Assembly (NCBI GenBank): GCA_026023565.1
Contig: JAPETS010000045.1
Span: forward strand, 124,001-188,000
Source of the DNA: Cirrosporium novae-zelandiae
Lineage: Eukaryota
Direction: 5' to 3'
Length of the DNA stretch: 64,000 nucleotides
Every line of letters starts with the position of its first letter. The first letter of the stretch is position 1. Under the pieces are notes generated by a model. It ran no database searches. It worked only from the letters and a program-made list of their open reading frames with translations, and was not told where the DNA came from. A program made the position numbers and the translations under genes. Below are positions 38,475 to 50,885 of the stretch, piece after piece.

Positions 38475-40571
38475 CTTTCCCTTTTCACTCTATTATCTTC
38501 TCTTCTTCTCATTCATATTATTATCTATTTATTTATTTGATCTAAACCACTGAAAAAAAAATCATACTACGCATATCTATCTATATACCGTATGTACATA
38601 TATACTATACCCTTAGTCAACCCCCTCCCTCCCAAAAAACAAGACAGAATAGGCAATTATTAATTAGCACAAAACCCCTTCTTATGTATGATGTATGATC
38701 TATGATTAATCATCCCCTGTTCCCTTATTCCCCAAATCCCTAAGTCCCGTAATCGGTTTTCAATTTCCAACCCCCCCAAGAAACATCCTACAATATAATA
38801 TAATATAACATGATATAATAAATACTTCATAAAAATCCTTAGAAAGACGCCGCCACCACCGCTGTCGCGGAATAGAGTTTTTAAATCTAGTTAACTAGCT
38901 AGTTAGTTACTTTTACCCACATACCTACCTACCTGGCCATCTAAGTATCTTATATTCTCTTACCTCCGTCTGTTAGTCAATCACTATGGCATGTCTAGTA
39001 AGTACCTACCTAGGTAGAAAAGAGAGAAGAGAAGAGAAGAGATGAGATGAGTGGGTATCGGCCTAAGTCGTTAGGTCGTCAGGTAGTGGTGGGTGGGTGG
39101 TGGGTGTATGAGCATAAGCATAAGGAGGTGAGATATGGTATATAGTATATACAATAATCCCACGACAGGGGCACGGGGGCTGAATTATATTATATCATAT
39201 CAGACTTACCATCCATCCCCCTTGCCCCCGCCGCTATCTCTACCCCGTTCCCGTTATCCTGGTCTGTGTCCTAGGCCTTCCCGCGACTTGTATACAGTAT
39301 GTATATACGGCACGAACCCCCTCCCCCTCTCCCCTAACCTATACGAATAATACGTATTAATACGCCGAGATGTCGCGCAGCGAGATCGTGATGGCTATAG
39401 AGGTTAGTGAATATGCAAACGGAAACAGTTTTTTGGGTAGGATATGGTGGCTGACTTACCTCATCCACATCTCCATCTATTCATTTAACTTTCTTTTCCT
39501 CTTCCTCTCTCAATTTTTTTATTATTCATTCATTCTTCAGTTTATATTTTACCACTGTTTTTCTTGTTTCTTGTTTTTGTTAATATATAAATAAGTATGG
39601 TGTATGTTTATGTCTGTCTTTTTGTATTTCTGTGTTCTCTTTTTTTTTTTTTTTGCTGCTCGTTTTGTTTTTATATAGGCTGAGTGAGTAAGTGAGTGGA
39701 TCAAATCCAGTAAAACTTTTGTTGTTTTATATATATTTTTTCTTTTTCCTCTTCATGTAAGCAACAAAACTTGATGCACCTTCACGATACCTACCTGTAT
39801 TAGTCATTTAGCTGGGATATGTTAATGAAAACGGACAACATGGCATCACATGGACACGATTACTTATACGGAACTGGTGGTTTGTGTGGCACTCACAGCT
39901 GATACGGCACAAACATTGGGTAGCATAGACAATACATATACCCAAAAAAATATGGCCAGTTTCAAAAACGGCAAAACAACGACAACGATGACAGTGATGA
40001 AAACCTATTGGTTTTTTTTTTGGAAGTAATTTCCATTCTTCACCTATGAGGATACAAACTCCTCGTTATCTGGGTTTATTTCCCGGCCGAGATCAGTAAC
40101 GAAATTAACTGAAGAAATAAGAAAAACTGAAAAATATCTTTTCGACCATGTCCATCAATGAGAGCCTGAAAGCCTTTGCCGCAGTATGACATAATCTTGC
40201 ACCCCAATGATTCTCTTTTCACCAAGAGGGCTTCATAAGCGAAATGGACGTGTTGTTCACCTCACTTTGAGTATATAGAATACATGTCCTGTACAAAAAA
40301 GAGCTAACCTCATCGTCAAAACCCACTGCACAAAAAAAGAAAGGAGAACAAAAAAGAGCAGCATGTCATTGGGCCTACACGAATAAAAGACCCTTATCGC
40401 GAGATAAACGACAAGAACGGCTGTGGGATTGTCAGATAAAGAATCACAAGCAAATCTTTGACGGGAAAACTTATATAAGTCTCTATCAGAAAGATAATAA
40501 TTACAGAAGAAGCTCACATTCACCTATAGACGACAATCCATACCCATGGCCTAATCTTAGGATATAAGAAT

Positions 40572-41573
40572 TCAATCATCCTTGTTTGGCTCTTTGCTTC
40601 CCCCTTCACTGTCCTCACGTGTACTGTCCTCTGAATCATCGGCCTGAGATACTTCGTCGCTGTACTCTGCACTGTCGGTCTTCCTTACATCGTTGGCCTC
40701 CTTTTCATTTTTGAGGGCTTCGCTGACAACTTCCAGACTCTTCCTGAGCTCCTGATTCTGTATTTTGAGGATCCTGTGCCGTCTGACCAATTCGAAGACA
40801 CTCTGCTGCAGCTTCGTTGCCGACTCCTCCATTTCCATTACCATCATTTCATTGTGATGGATTTGTTGTCTCAGTCGGGTGACCTGGTCTTGTACGCCTC
40901 GCCAAGCCCTCATATTTGGTGTCCCAGCTTGATGAGATATACGATTCATATATATATCCTCATCCATCATGCTAGTCACTTTAGTGCGCTCTTGCTTCTC
41001 CTCAACAAATGAATCTCTCTTCTGCTTAAGTTTACGCTGGTGTTCCTCTTCAGAAATTGCTTTCCTTTTATGAGACCTGAAATTTGCTATAGCACTTGGA
41101 GAGCCAGAGTTAAGTGTCTCAGAAGAAGCACATTGGTACCCAGCAGAAGGGGAATGCATAGAAGATGAGATAGAGAATGTCAGTTGGTCTGAGTGTTGGT
41201 GACCTTGCGTGGGATTAACGAAACTATTCTCAGAAGGAATCACACGCCTTGAGTTACACATTTGTGCTGCTGTGAGCATTGGGGCTTCTGGTATATGAAT
41301 TCTATCGCGCTCAGTAGGTGCCGCTACGCTTGCCAGTGTATAGAGAAGTCTGGTCTCAAGACGTGGATCTATGCGTTGGTTGTAGGGAAATGGTGGGGAC
41401 CGCCGCTCCTGTGTATTCTGATAAGCTACAGCCTCGGTTCCAGCAAGCTGTCTTTCAGTAGATTGCGTTCTAGCAGGCTGTCCATGTGTGAAATCGGCGG
41501 TGTTTGAGTTGTCTGGATACGGAGTGAGTATGCTTTGATATTGAACTAAACCACCAAGTCTAGAGCGATCCAC
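40572..41573 (-). CDS. Hypothetical protein with basic segment and coiled coil (start uncertain)
   Basis: 333-codon open frame; RSHKRK...RKLKQKR basic patch, heptad-rich segment, acidic tail. The 5' exon could not be resolved. Confidence 0.5.
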   Translation of the reverse strand: MDRSRLGGLVQYQSILTPYPDNSNTADFTHGQPARTQSTERQLAGTEAVAYQNTQERRSPPFPYNQRIDPRLETRLLYTLASVAAPTERDRIHIPEAPMLTAAQMCNSRRVIPSENSFVNPTQGHQHSDQLTFSISSSMHSPSAGYQCASSETLNSGSPSAIANFRSHKRKAISEEEHQRKLKQKRDSFVEEKQERTKVTSMMDEDIYMNRISHQAGTPNMRAWRGVQDQVTRLRQQIHHNEMMVMEMEESATKLQQSVFELVRRHRILKIQNQELRKSLEVVSEALKNEKEANDVRKTDSAEYSDEVSQADDSEDSTREDSEGGSKEPNKDD

Positions 41574-42185
41574 TTACGACTAACTTCTTCATGTGGGCTG
41601 TGTTGAGTCTGCTCTGCGTCGGCGTCAACACCACGGTTCATTTCTTGTGGAGATGAAATATTAGACAAAGATTCAAGCTATCGAAAGGTTCAGTTGAATT
41701 GAGTGAGAAGAGCTGCAGTTTTGGTGGAAGAAAACTAGTTACGGAGAGAGTATAAAATGAATGATGAGATGAATGAGAACGAGGCCGACTGTGTGGTTAA
41801 GATGTGTTAAGAAACAGAGAATTGCGACTAATCGCAAGACGCGTGGTCAATATCGGATTCAAATTTGTCCTTGTTTGTTGCTCCGATATGGATAATAGTC
41901 GAAAACTTCCTCCGCTGGTGGGAAGAGTGAATAGAATAGAATATGCCGGAATTATGGCAGCACCCATCACTGTATAACACCCTTAATTTTGAGTCAGTAT
42001 ATCCCTCTCTTTCAACTTTCTTCGACCACGATCAACATAAGCAACTACTTCCTTCCTAGATCGTCTTCATAAAGGTATACCCACTATTCAAACATAAAAT
42101 TATATCAATACCATCTCTCAAAGCTCAACAGTCGAGGCACTTAAGCTGTTTTCTCTTTCTAACCATCTTTCTACAACCTACCCCA

Positions 42186-44035
42186 ATGTCAAACCCATCA
42201 ACTCCTAGCAAGTCAGCAGTAGGTTCAAGTCCTCAGAGACTTGGAACTGAAACTGAACTTCCACCACCAACCTTTGCATCACCAGCCTCACCAGCTACAC
42301 CGAACTCACCTACAATTCAGACATTCCCAGCATTTCGAAGGCGTCATACTGAAACTGATAGTTCACTGTCTCCTCTCACCTCGCCATCGTACTTCAATAT
42401 GTCTTCGCCTTCAGCGCTCACAGATAAGCCATTGATTCCAACGCATGGAATCTTATTTGACCAAAAAGGTCTTGACATTATTACTGCCATTAGTTCCCTG
42501 TATGTCAAGTTTCCCCCAGTTCTGGAATCGTCTGAAGTCTTAGGTTACATTAAAGGCCTCCCAGATATGGCTATATCAAGAGACATTGGCTGCTCATCGA
42601 CATTGTGGGGACGGGTCGACTACACCTTTGGTGATACCGTGGTAAAAAAAGAATAGGGTGATTTTCTTGCAAGATACTCAAGCTCGATTGCGGAGGTCAT
42701 TGATAAAGAAGACCTGATGACATGTACCTACTCTAATGGCCCCAACTACGATTGTAGTACTACGGTCCGTCGGTTTATACCTTTGACTGAGTTAGAGAAA
42801 TGCTTCGAGATTCTAGGTTTTCAACATGTTGCTTTAAAGTCATATAACCCTATACTAGAGAAATTTGACGGCGTCGGCATTGCTTACTTCCAGAAGGCAT
42901 TGCACTATCCTCTGGACCGAAAGACAGAATACCTAGGAATAGGGGCTGCCAAGGTATTGCTAGACAGGAGAACCGGACATGTCCAGATTGAGAAAGAGAT
43001 GGACGATCAAATCCTATTTAACAAGGATGAGCCACGAGTAGGTACTTTCGCCACGTATGCGGAAGGGCCATGGTTTTATCTCTGGGGCTATTTCAATGGT
43101 GGTGTTATTCTTGTGCGAGTTGTTCGTGGCATGGTCTTGAATAAAGATGCATATTCCTTCTGGGATGGGGCTGGCTTTCATAAGGGATAGGATAACGCTG
43201 CATCGATTTTCGAAGGCTTCCAGAATGGGGGTATTTGCCGCACAAATCTGTTCGGACCAAATATGCCCTGGCTCTTCGTCGGGTGCAGCAAGTCGATGAA
43301 CGGCCAGGTGTATATGGCCGTGGCAAAAAATATCACTGGTCCGTGGTCGGAGCCCGTCACAGTTTACACTATGGACGGAACTAATAGGCAACTCAGCAGA
43401 GAGTACTGTTTGTTTCCTCACCCGTGGGCATCCCGTGAAGAAGCTGGCGAACTCGTCATTACGTGGAGTGAAGCATGGTCACAGGACAAATGGCAGCGAA
43501 GTGTAATGGTGCCAAGTTGAAGTTCAAACAAGGTTAGTTAATAAGCATTCCGCTTCCTTAAAGCCATTAGCTTACCAGTTACTAGCAAACCGCCTCCAAT
43601 GCAAGATACTTCTCAGCCACTTGACTAGTAAGGAATAATTTCAAAAGGACTATCGAATGACAAGCTAATATATTTTAGATGAACAACTGATTGAGCTTGA
43701 AAACTCTCAGCAGTTACATGGCATCGGTGAACTTTCGAACGCTGACGGTAAAACTTCCATTTTTTGAGTTCATCAAGCAAGTACTAACAGCGGTTTTAGT
43801 GGCAGTGGTGAACAATCTTGATGAACATCCCTACTTGATGGCCGAAGCAGACACACTTGAGAAGGTAGAAGGAGCAGCATTCCACCTGATCCGTTGCGTC
43901 CCAAAACAGTCATCTGGAGAGAGCCAGCAGCGAAGGAGGAGCAGTGTACAACGAACCTTTGACCATTTTCGGAGGGAGCGAAAGTCAAGTACAGGCAGTA
44001 CATCAACCAACAAAAGATTAAGCGAAAAGAGATAA
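42186..44035 (+). pseudogene. DUF4185-like (beta-propeller) gene with two in-frame TAG stops and a probable frameshift
   Basis: ORFs 42186, 42717 and 43263 share one frame, broken by TAG at 42654-42656 and 43188-43190. Motifs SRDIG, YTFGDT, FWDG, GPWS and HPW. AKLKF appears in a shifted frame at 43511. Confidence 0.7.
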
Positions 44036-44862
44036 AGGGCTCAGAAAGGGTCTCATGCAAACCAAAATGGCTCAGCCGTACGCTGACGTGAATGTGATTG
44101 TTGGATATTATCGCAAGCATATTGAAAGCAAAGCCTAATGGTTTTTTCTTCTTCTTTATTTTTGTGCATTATGTCTTGGCGCTGAGGACTGAGCTGTGAG
44201 GAACGAGATGGCATTTTCAAAGCTTCACCAACTAACGGATATACCCAAGGCATCTACCCTTTTCCATTTGGGTCTGGATTATGGAGTTTAGAGGTTCAAT
44301 GAAAGTTTTTTTTCATATAGAATGAAATTGTTATCTGAAAGCTCTCGTGGTAGATTATTCGTTTTCTTAAACTATTCCCTAGAAGTATGTTGAACATAGA
44401 ATATACCCGATTAGTGAGTCTTTAACAGGTATCGCTCTACAACATGGCCGAAGCCTAAAGAACATACTGCCTCAGAATACCCTCTAAGGGAACAATTTTA
44501 GGTAGCTGAGCGAATGAAAGGTGATCACGGCTGACCTGAGGTAGTTGAATTACAAAGGTGAAGGTCAAGGAGGTCATGATAAACTCGGCCGAAACCCACA
44601 TCAACCGGGCACGTGCCGGGCTTTAGCCGCCATTAGTGTTGCATTTGCAAGCTTGATCGCGAAGCAGAGCCGCCTCTTCTTCAGACTTCTACACCCATCG
44701 TGATATTTAGATCAGCTTCACATCCACTGATTGTCGCGACATCTTAATCCAACAATTCCATATTGTCACCTTCAATTCCTTCATCAAGCATATATTTACC
44801 ATTGTTCTCACTATACTCGTGAAACAAATTTAAACATCAAGCATCGTTTAACTGTCGCGACT

Positions 44863-45565
44863 ATGGCAAATTACCTCGCATCCATTTTTGGGACAGAACA
44901 AGATAAGGTCAACTGTTCTTTCTACTATAAAATTGGTGCTTGCCGTCATGGCGATCGTTGCTCGCGCAAACACGTCAAGCCCTCCTACTCGCAAACGATC
45001 CTCCTCCCCAATCTCTACCAGAACCCAGCGTACGATCCAAAGAACAAGATGAATCCGAGCCAGCTGCAGAATCACTTTGATGCATTCTATGAGGACTTCT
45101 GGTGCGAGATGTGCAAGTATGGGGAGCTAGAGGAGGTAGTAGTGTGTGATAATAACAATGATCGTAAGTTTGTGAACTCCCCTGTCTTGTTTACTTTGCT
45201 TGAGAAAGCCCTCGTTAACGCTATTTTGCTCTACAGATCTCATCGGCAACGTTTATGCTCGATTTAAGTACGAAGACTCGGCTCAAAAAGCTTGCGATGA
45301 CCTGAACTCCCGTTGGTACGCAGCGCGCCCGATCTACTGCGAGTTGTCTCCTGTGACAGACTTTAGGGAAGCCTGTTGCCGTTTAAATAGTGGAGAAGGA
45401 TGTGTACGAGGCGGCTTCTGCAACTTCATACACCGCAAAGAACCTAGTGCTGAGTTGGAAAAGGAGCTAGAATTGAGCACAAAGAAGTGGCTCAAGCAAA
45501 GGGGAAGAGATGAGAGGAGCATGACTAGGAGTCCTAGCCCAGAACCTACTAGGAAGAGATATTAA
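44863..45565 (+). CDS. U2AF1: Splicing factor U2AF small subunit (U2AF35/U2AF23), 2 exons
   Basis: MANYLASIFGTEQDKVNCSFYYKIGACRHGDRCSRKH, UHM domain, second CCCH finger. Intron 45164-45236. Confidence 0.97.
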
Positions 45566-46275
45566 AAGGACGGCTTATCGGAGTGTAGCTGATTGATTCT
45601 TTTCTATGATATACATCATACGAAGAGCTGCGGCGTCTTTGGGTGATTTGTTATACCAGGGCAAAATTTGGCAGTGAGATGATGATCTTATCTTTGGAGA
45701 TAATTGTACTATAGCTGACATAATGCACTCAGTCGTGAACTACAGTGGCGGGCCAATTATGCATCAACGCTTGAAAAGGTATTTCCATGAAGGTATTTGT
45801 ACTCGTGGCCTATACGCTAGTAATAGTTCACTTATAGTGCTCTTGTCAAGATAGTTGCTTGTAGTACTTACCAGTCACTGAGCAGTACTACTTACTATAA
45901 GAGAGAAATGGAGAACAAAATTGAATTGTGCGGACCGCACGGCCCCCTTTCAATACTAGCATGAGCTCATCAAGGATGGTGTTACGTGATATCTATATAA
46001 TAGCTGGTTGGCAACGCAGAGGCATCACAAATCCAGTCCAACCGGTGTTCATCTCTAAAAACCAAACATTACCATTTTAGGCTTCTTTCCAACGCCAGAC
46101 CCGCTAATTTTCAAAAATTTTGGTATCAAAAGCTAACCAAATGATCAAAGAGAAAGTGGATGAAGATAAAAAGTCCTCCTCCATGCTCCTGGATAATTAA
46201 TATCTGGATGCCCTCCCAAGAATTTGCTTGCCTTGCCGGCTCGGAGGGCCACTTAGTTGAGGTTGTTGGAAAGCT

Positions 46276-46630
46276 TTAGTCTGATTTCGAGTCAGAGTCG
46301 GAATCGCCGTGCATAAACCAGCCGTGACGAGCCAGCCAGAGGACGACGAAAACGATGGCAGCGATGATGAGAGCAAAGAGGAAAGCTATGAGCCACCCTA
46401 ACAGTTTGGCGCGCTTTTTCTCTTTTCGTTGCTGTTCAACCCAATTTGCTCTGCGCCCTAGGTTAGTTATCATATATCAGCAAAACGTGGGGTAGAAGAG
46501 CCTACGAATATTTGACATCCGAGTTTCCAGAGGCAAAGGAGGGCGCACCAGGTGTGTTCTGTTGCTCTTCATCCATATGAACAGCTAATGAGAAACGCCG
46601 CCAGAATGCAGGGTCTTTGATTCCAGCCAT
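46276..46630 (-). CDS. Small conserved fungal single-pass membrane protein, 2 exons
   Basis: MAGIKDPAFWRRFSLAVHMDEE..., one intron, then ANWVEQQRKEKKR and a hydrophobic helix. Confidence 0.7.
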
Positions 46631-48499
46631 TGGGTCGGAGATTCGTGGAAAAGCGGAATGAGTGAGTGATGCTAATGAAATAGAAGCGGGGGTGTTATCG
46701 GCCACAGTTGGTTTCCGCCGATGAGTCGCCTTCGCCTTAACGCCTGAATTTGTCGTAACGGTCGTAGAAGAGATGGTGGGAGTAGGACCTTCAATCGTGA
46801 CTGTTGTTGTTATATAATCCGTCACTCGAATTTAGGGGCAGGGTATCGTCCTGATGGAGTAACTGGAGTGATGGTGGTTGAAGATGATATAATATCCGAC
46901 AGGATTCCAAGTGGCTGCTAGAGATGATGATGGTAAGGATCATCAGGATCGGAATATAGCCGGTCACACAGAATTGAAGGTCCCTCTAGGGTTGAAGATG
47001 ATTTAAAGGTTTGGGATAGAAGAAAAGAATGACTGGAAAGGACTTGTACACGAAAGAGTGAAGTGTGCAAGCACTTGTCGACTTTCTCGTATTATTGCTA
47101 GTAAGAGAAGGGACCTAGAACTCCTTGAGGGAAGAGGGAGAAACAATTGGAAGAACATTTAATAATAACTAAGTTAATAGCTGGGTAGCTTAGTCTCTGA
47201 ATAGCTGAATAGCTTAGTAACTTAGACACATCAGTACTCTAGACGAAAATCTGGGAGATTACCTTCCGGCTTGGCGTCTAAACCAAACGGGGGTGACGGT
47301 GTAGTGTAGTGTAGTGTGATGGACAGGGGACGGGCAGTGACGGGCAGTTTCTGAGAACCTAATTAAACTTTTTACCCGCTCGACTACACAGGAACTTTGG
47401 GACTAATTTCATCTTTCCTTGAACATGCGAACAGGGAAGAATCATCCAATCAATATATGCATATTAATGCATATTAATGCATATAATTCTTTCTACCAAT
47501 CATACTTCAGCCAGACTTCAACCTTAGTCAACCCTCTTACTTCTAGTCAGGGGTAAGACCCTGAGAACCCTGAAAGCCACCCTGACTTGGCTGTTTTAGT
47601 GGTCCAGGAACTGGCCTGATCTTGATATCCTTACGGTACGTTATACCGCATCTTCCACATTATCCATTGCATTCAAGACATTGCACAAGTAACTATTGAA
47701 CTCATTGTGGCACGTTTGGCCATGTGCGTGATTGATCCTTTATATCACAACACCTTGGAAAACCCTGCCCGCCACCAATATATACTTTTGGTACCGATAA
47801 CAGCAAAAGCCAGCTATTATTAGTTTTCCTCCTCGAGGAAGTCCCTACCTCCTTATCATAAACTTTCTCCTCGAAGCGGACAACATTAGATTAAGAAACA
47901 TTGTATTGGGAAACTAATCCGCGGGGTCCATGAGGGGACCACCTTGAACAATAAATCATCCAAACCAACCGAATGAAAAAGGACTGATTAACTGCTGAAC
48001 CCCTCCCAAAGAGCCCACATGGTTGAATCTTCAACTTGTCATCGGGGTCACCTGTGCAGAGCACCACCACCTCCAACTCATCCTTTGTTGCCGAGAACAA
48101 TAACTGAGTGGGGATGAGGTGAAACATTGTGTTCGAGAAGAGCGGTTAAACGTCTCTTCTAAGAAAAACTAGCTACGTAGTCACATCTCCTGAAGAAATG
48201 GTTCTTCTCGAAAAATCTACATGTGACGATAAGATAGTACCACTGGCCCTAAGTTCCAAGCTCATCCGACCCTCACTGGACCTCATATAACAACATCAAC
48301 GGAGTCCATCGTTGCTTGGAAAGGTATGAACTATCTAATCTATTCGCTAGCGCGGAGAATCGTTCAATCCATGGATCAAAATCAACCCTACCATCATAAC
48401 CACAGTCGTTATATTCGCTTTTGAGAAGGAAAAACTCTTCGGAAAGAATGGGCATGATGCTCGAACGCCATTTTTCATCTAATATCATGATTGCATATC

Positions 48500-50528
48500 C
48501 TAATCTTTCTCCAACCTAACTGCAGGATTGCTTTCTACGAAGTTGAGATCAACCTTGTGGCCTAGAAGTTCTCTAATATTCTTCACTCCATATCTGAGAT
48601 ATTATTAGTACTCTTGAGATTTGGCAATCCTTTGGAAAACTTACTTGATCATAGTTGGACGCTCCAGACTCAGGCCCCATCCATATACCCTCAGATTACT
48701 AGGAAGTCCCATAGGTTCTAGCATTTCGGGTCTGAACATTCCACTATTGCCAATCTCGACCCATTTCTTTAGCCCTTCGTGGTAACTGAAGATCTCCATA
48801 CTAGGTTCAGTATAAGGATTATACCTGGAAATTCATTAGTTGTTACGCACACTCTCACAGCGGATAATAGGGCCATACGCAGGCTTGAAACGAAGGTTGT
48901 CGATGCCCATCTTGTGAAAGAAGACTCGCATGAAACCAATCAGACCGCCGAGATCGAGTCCGTAGTCCGCTATCACTCCTTCCACTTGATGGAATTCAGC
49001 AAGATGCTAGAAATCGGTGATTAGAAGAGTTGCATTATTTTCACAATCTTTGGGGACAAAATTACCGTGGCATCAACGGATTCGTTCCGGAACACTCTAT
49101 CTATCGAGAAATAACGGACAGGGTGAGGATTCTTCGCTAACTTGTGAAGCATCCAAGTGGAAGTGGTTGTGGTATGAGTCCGTAATACTAGACGTAGCGC
49201 TTCATTTTCATCCCATCTGTATCGATAACCAATTGAGCCGTATTTCCCATTTGCATGGACTTCTTTTACGTTGTTCCAGTAATCTTCATAGTCTTGAGGA
49301 TTGTGTTCTGTCTTCTCAGGCTGTACAAGAGTTCCTGCCGCTAAATGTTTCAGCTCCTTGGTATCTTCACGAGGCTTGTCGGCACGGGCAGGGTCGGATA
49401 TATAGAAGGTGTCCTGAATATCCCGGGCTGGATGTTGCTGGGGGACGAAAAGAGCGTCGAAATTCCAGAAACCTGTCTCCACGAACCTAGAAAAAATAAA
49501 TTTGTATTATTTAGTAAGAGTATAGAGGAAAAATACCTGTTTGTAGGCATTTCTTCGAAGCCCATCTCAAAAAAGATCTGTCTGAACTCGCGTCTGACTT
49601 TGTTCACTATATTTCCCCTTATCAGTTACATTCGGTGGTCAAGTTGTAGGGTTTCATACGAGGATGCAAAGCACCGGTGGGAGTTATTGCTCCTTTAGCA
49701 TTGAAATTGTATGGCTTGAGCTTGACGGTCTTCCAAGCACCACTGTAGCACAATATCTAAATTAGCACTGCTAGGCAAAGATATCAATACATCCTTACCT
49801 AGCGATCATGTCTGCAGTCAAATCCGTTTCCTCTTTTACGAACTCTCTCGCATATTTAGGACCTTTTGAGAACTTGTAGGCAATTACTTTCTTTGGGGTA
49901 AGTAGCTTTCGCTTTCGAAGAGCTTGAATGACTTTAGTATCGGGGTGAGTCCGAGTTTTTTGAATCGTCTGAAGCTCCTCCTGTGTCGTATCTCTAATAG
50001 ATTCAACCTGCGGCAGTATATGTGAGCATCATTACTTGGGCCACATCCCAGACAAGAAGCTGTACATTTGTTCTGAGAGTGTCACCATCCTTGACAATCC
50101 ACTTCTCCTTGAAAGCTTTTCCCTGACCGATTTTGGCACTATCTTTCCCGACTTTGCTCTATATTAGGATCATGGATGGTAAGTAAATGTGTATTAATAT
50201 AAGAAGGAACTCCTGGAAAAGGCCCATTGCATGTTGTATATCAAAAACGTACGGGAAGATCCGTAATCTTTAACCCCTCCATCTGCTTAACTGCCTCAAA
50301 AACCCTGGCCTCATGACTGCCTTGTGCAGCAATATCTTCTGCTTCTTGTGTGAGAACATATTCTTCACGATCAATTGCAGCGTATGTGACCATATCTCGG
50401 GACCCGAGACGATCTAACCCAGCCTTGATTGTAGTGGAGGGGATGGAGGAGAACTTCTCAGCGGAGAGGACTGGCTCCTCCGTTTCGGCGAGGGCGTCCA
50501 GAATCTGGCTGGTAACATCTTGCGCCAT
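48500..50528 (-). CDS. FRS2: Phenylalanyl-tRNA synthetase alpha subunit (cytosolic), multi-exon
   Basis: [84 protein letters not shown] and [10 protein letters not shown] motifs. Confidence 0.96.
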
Positions 50529-50885
50529 TATTATTGAATTATTGAATATCTAACAAAAGTTAGCAAACACTAGATTGTGAACGCAAGTGTAGTTGTGGTC
50601 GTAATAACTTACCTGCATACAGTGAGTCAAAAAACCATGGATTTAAGAAACCTCCAATGATGGTGGGTCAGCCTTATGGAATAACTTTATTCCGGTCTCC
50701 CTCCCTTACAATTCCAGACAGGTTTACCGTGTTCAAGAACAGTAATTACAATTCAATGGATTTAGTTCCATGCTCATCGGCTTCTAGCCGATCGATGTCA
50801 AGTCTCCAACATGTGTTTTTGAATAAATACACTTGGCTTACTTAGCTTCACCTTTATATCATCCAAGATCAAATGTCCTTCCGCA

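Noticed and set aside
44731..44862. N-terminal extension of U2AF1 in the ORF track
   Set aside because: It depends on a TTG start. The conserved protein starts at MANYLASIFG (44863).
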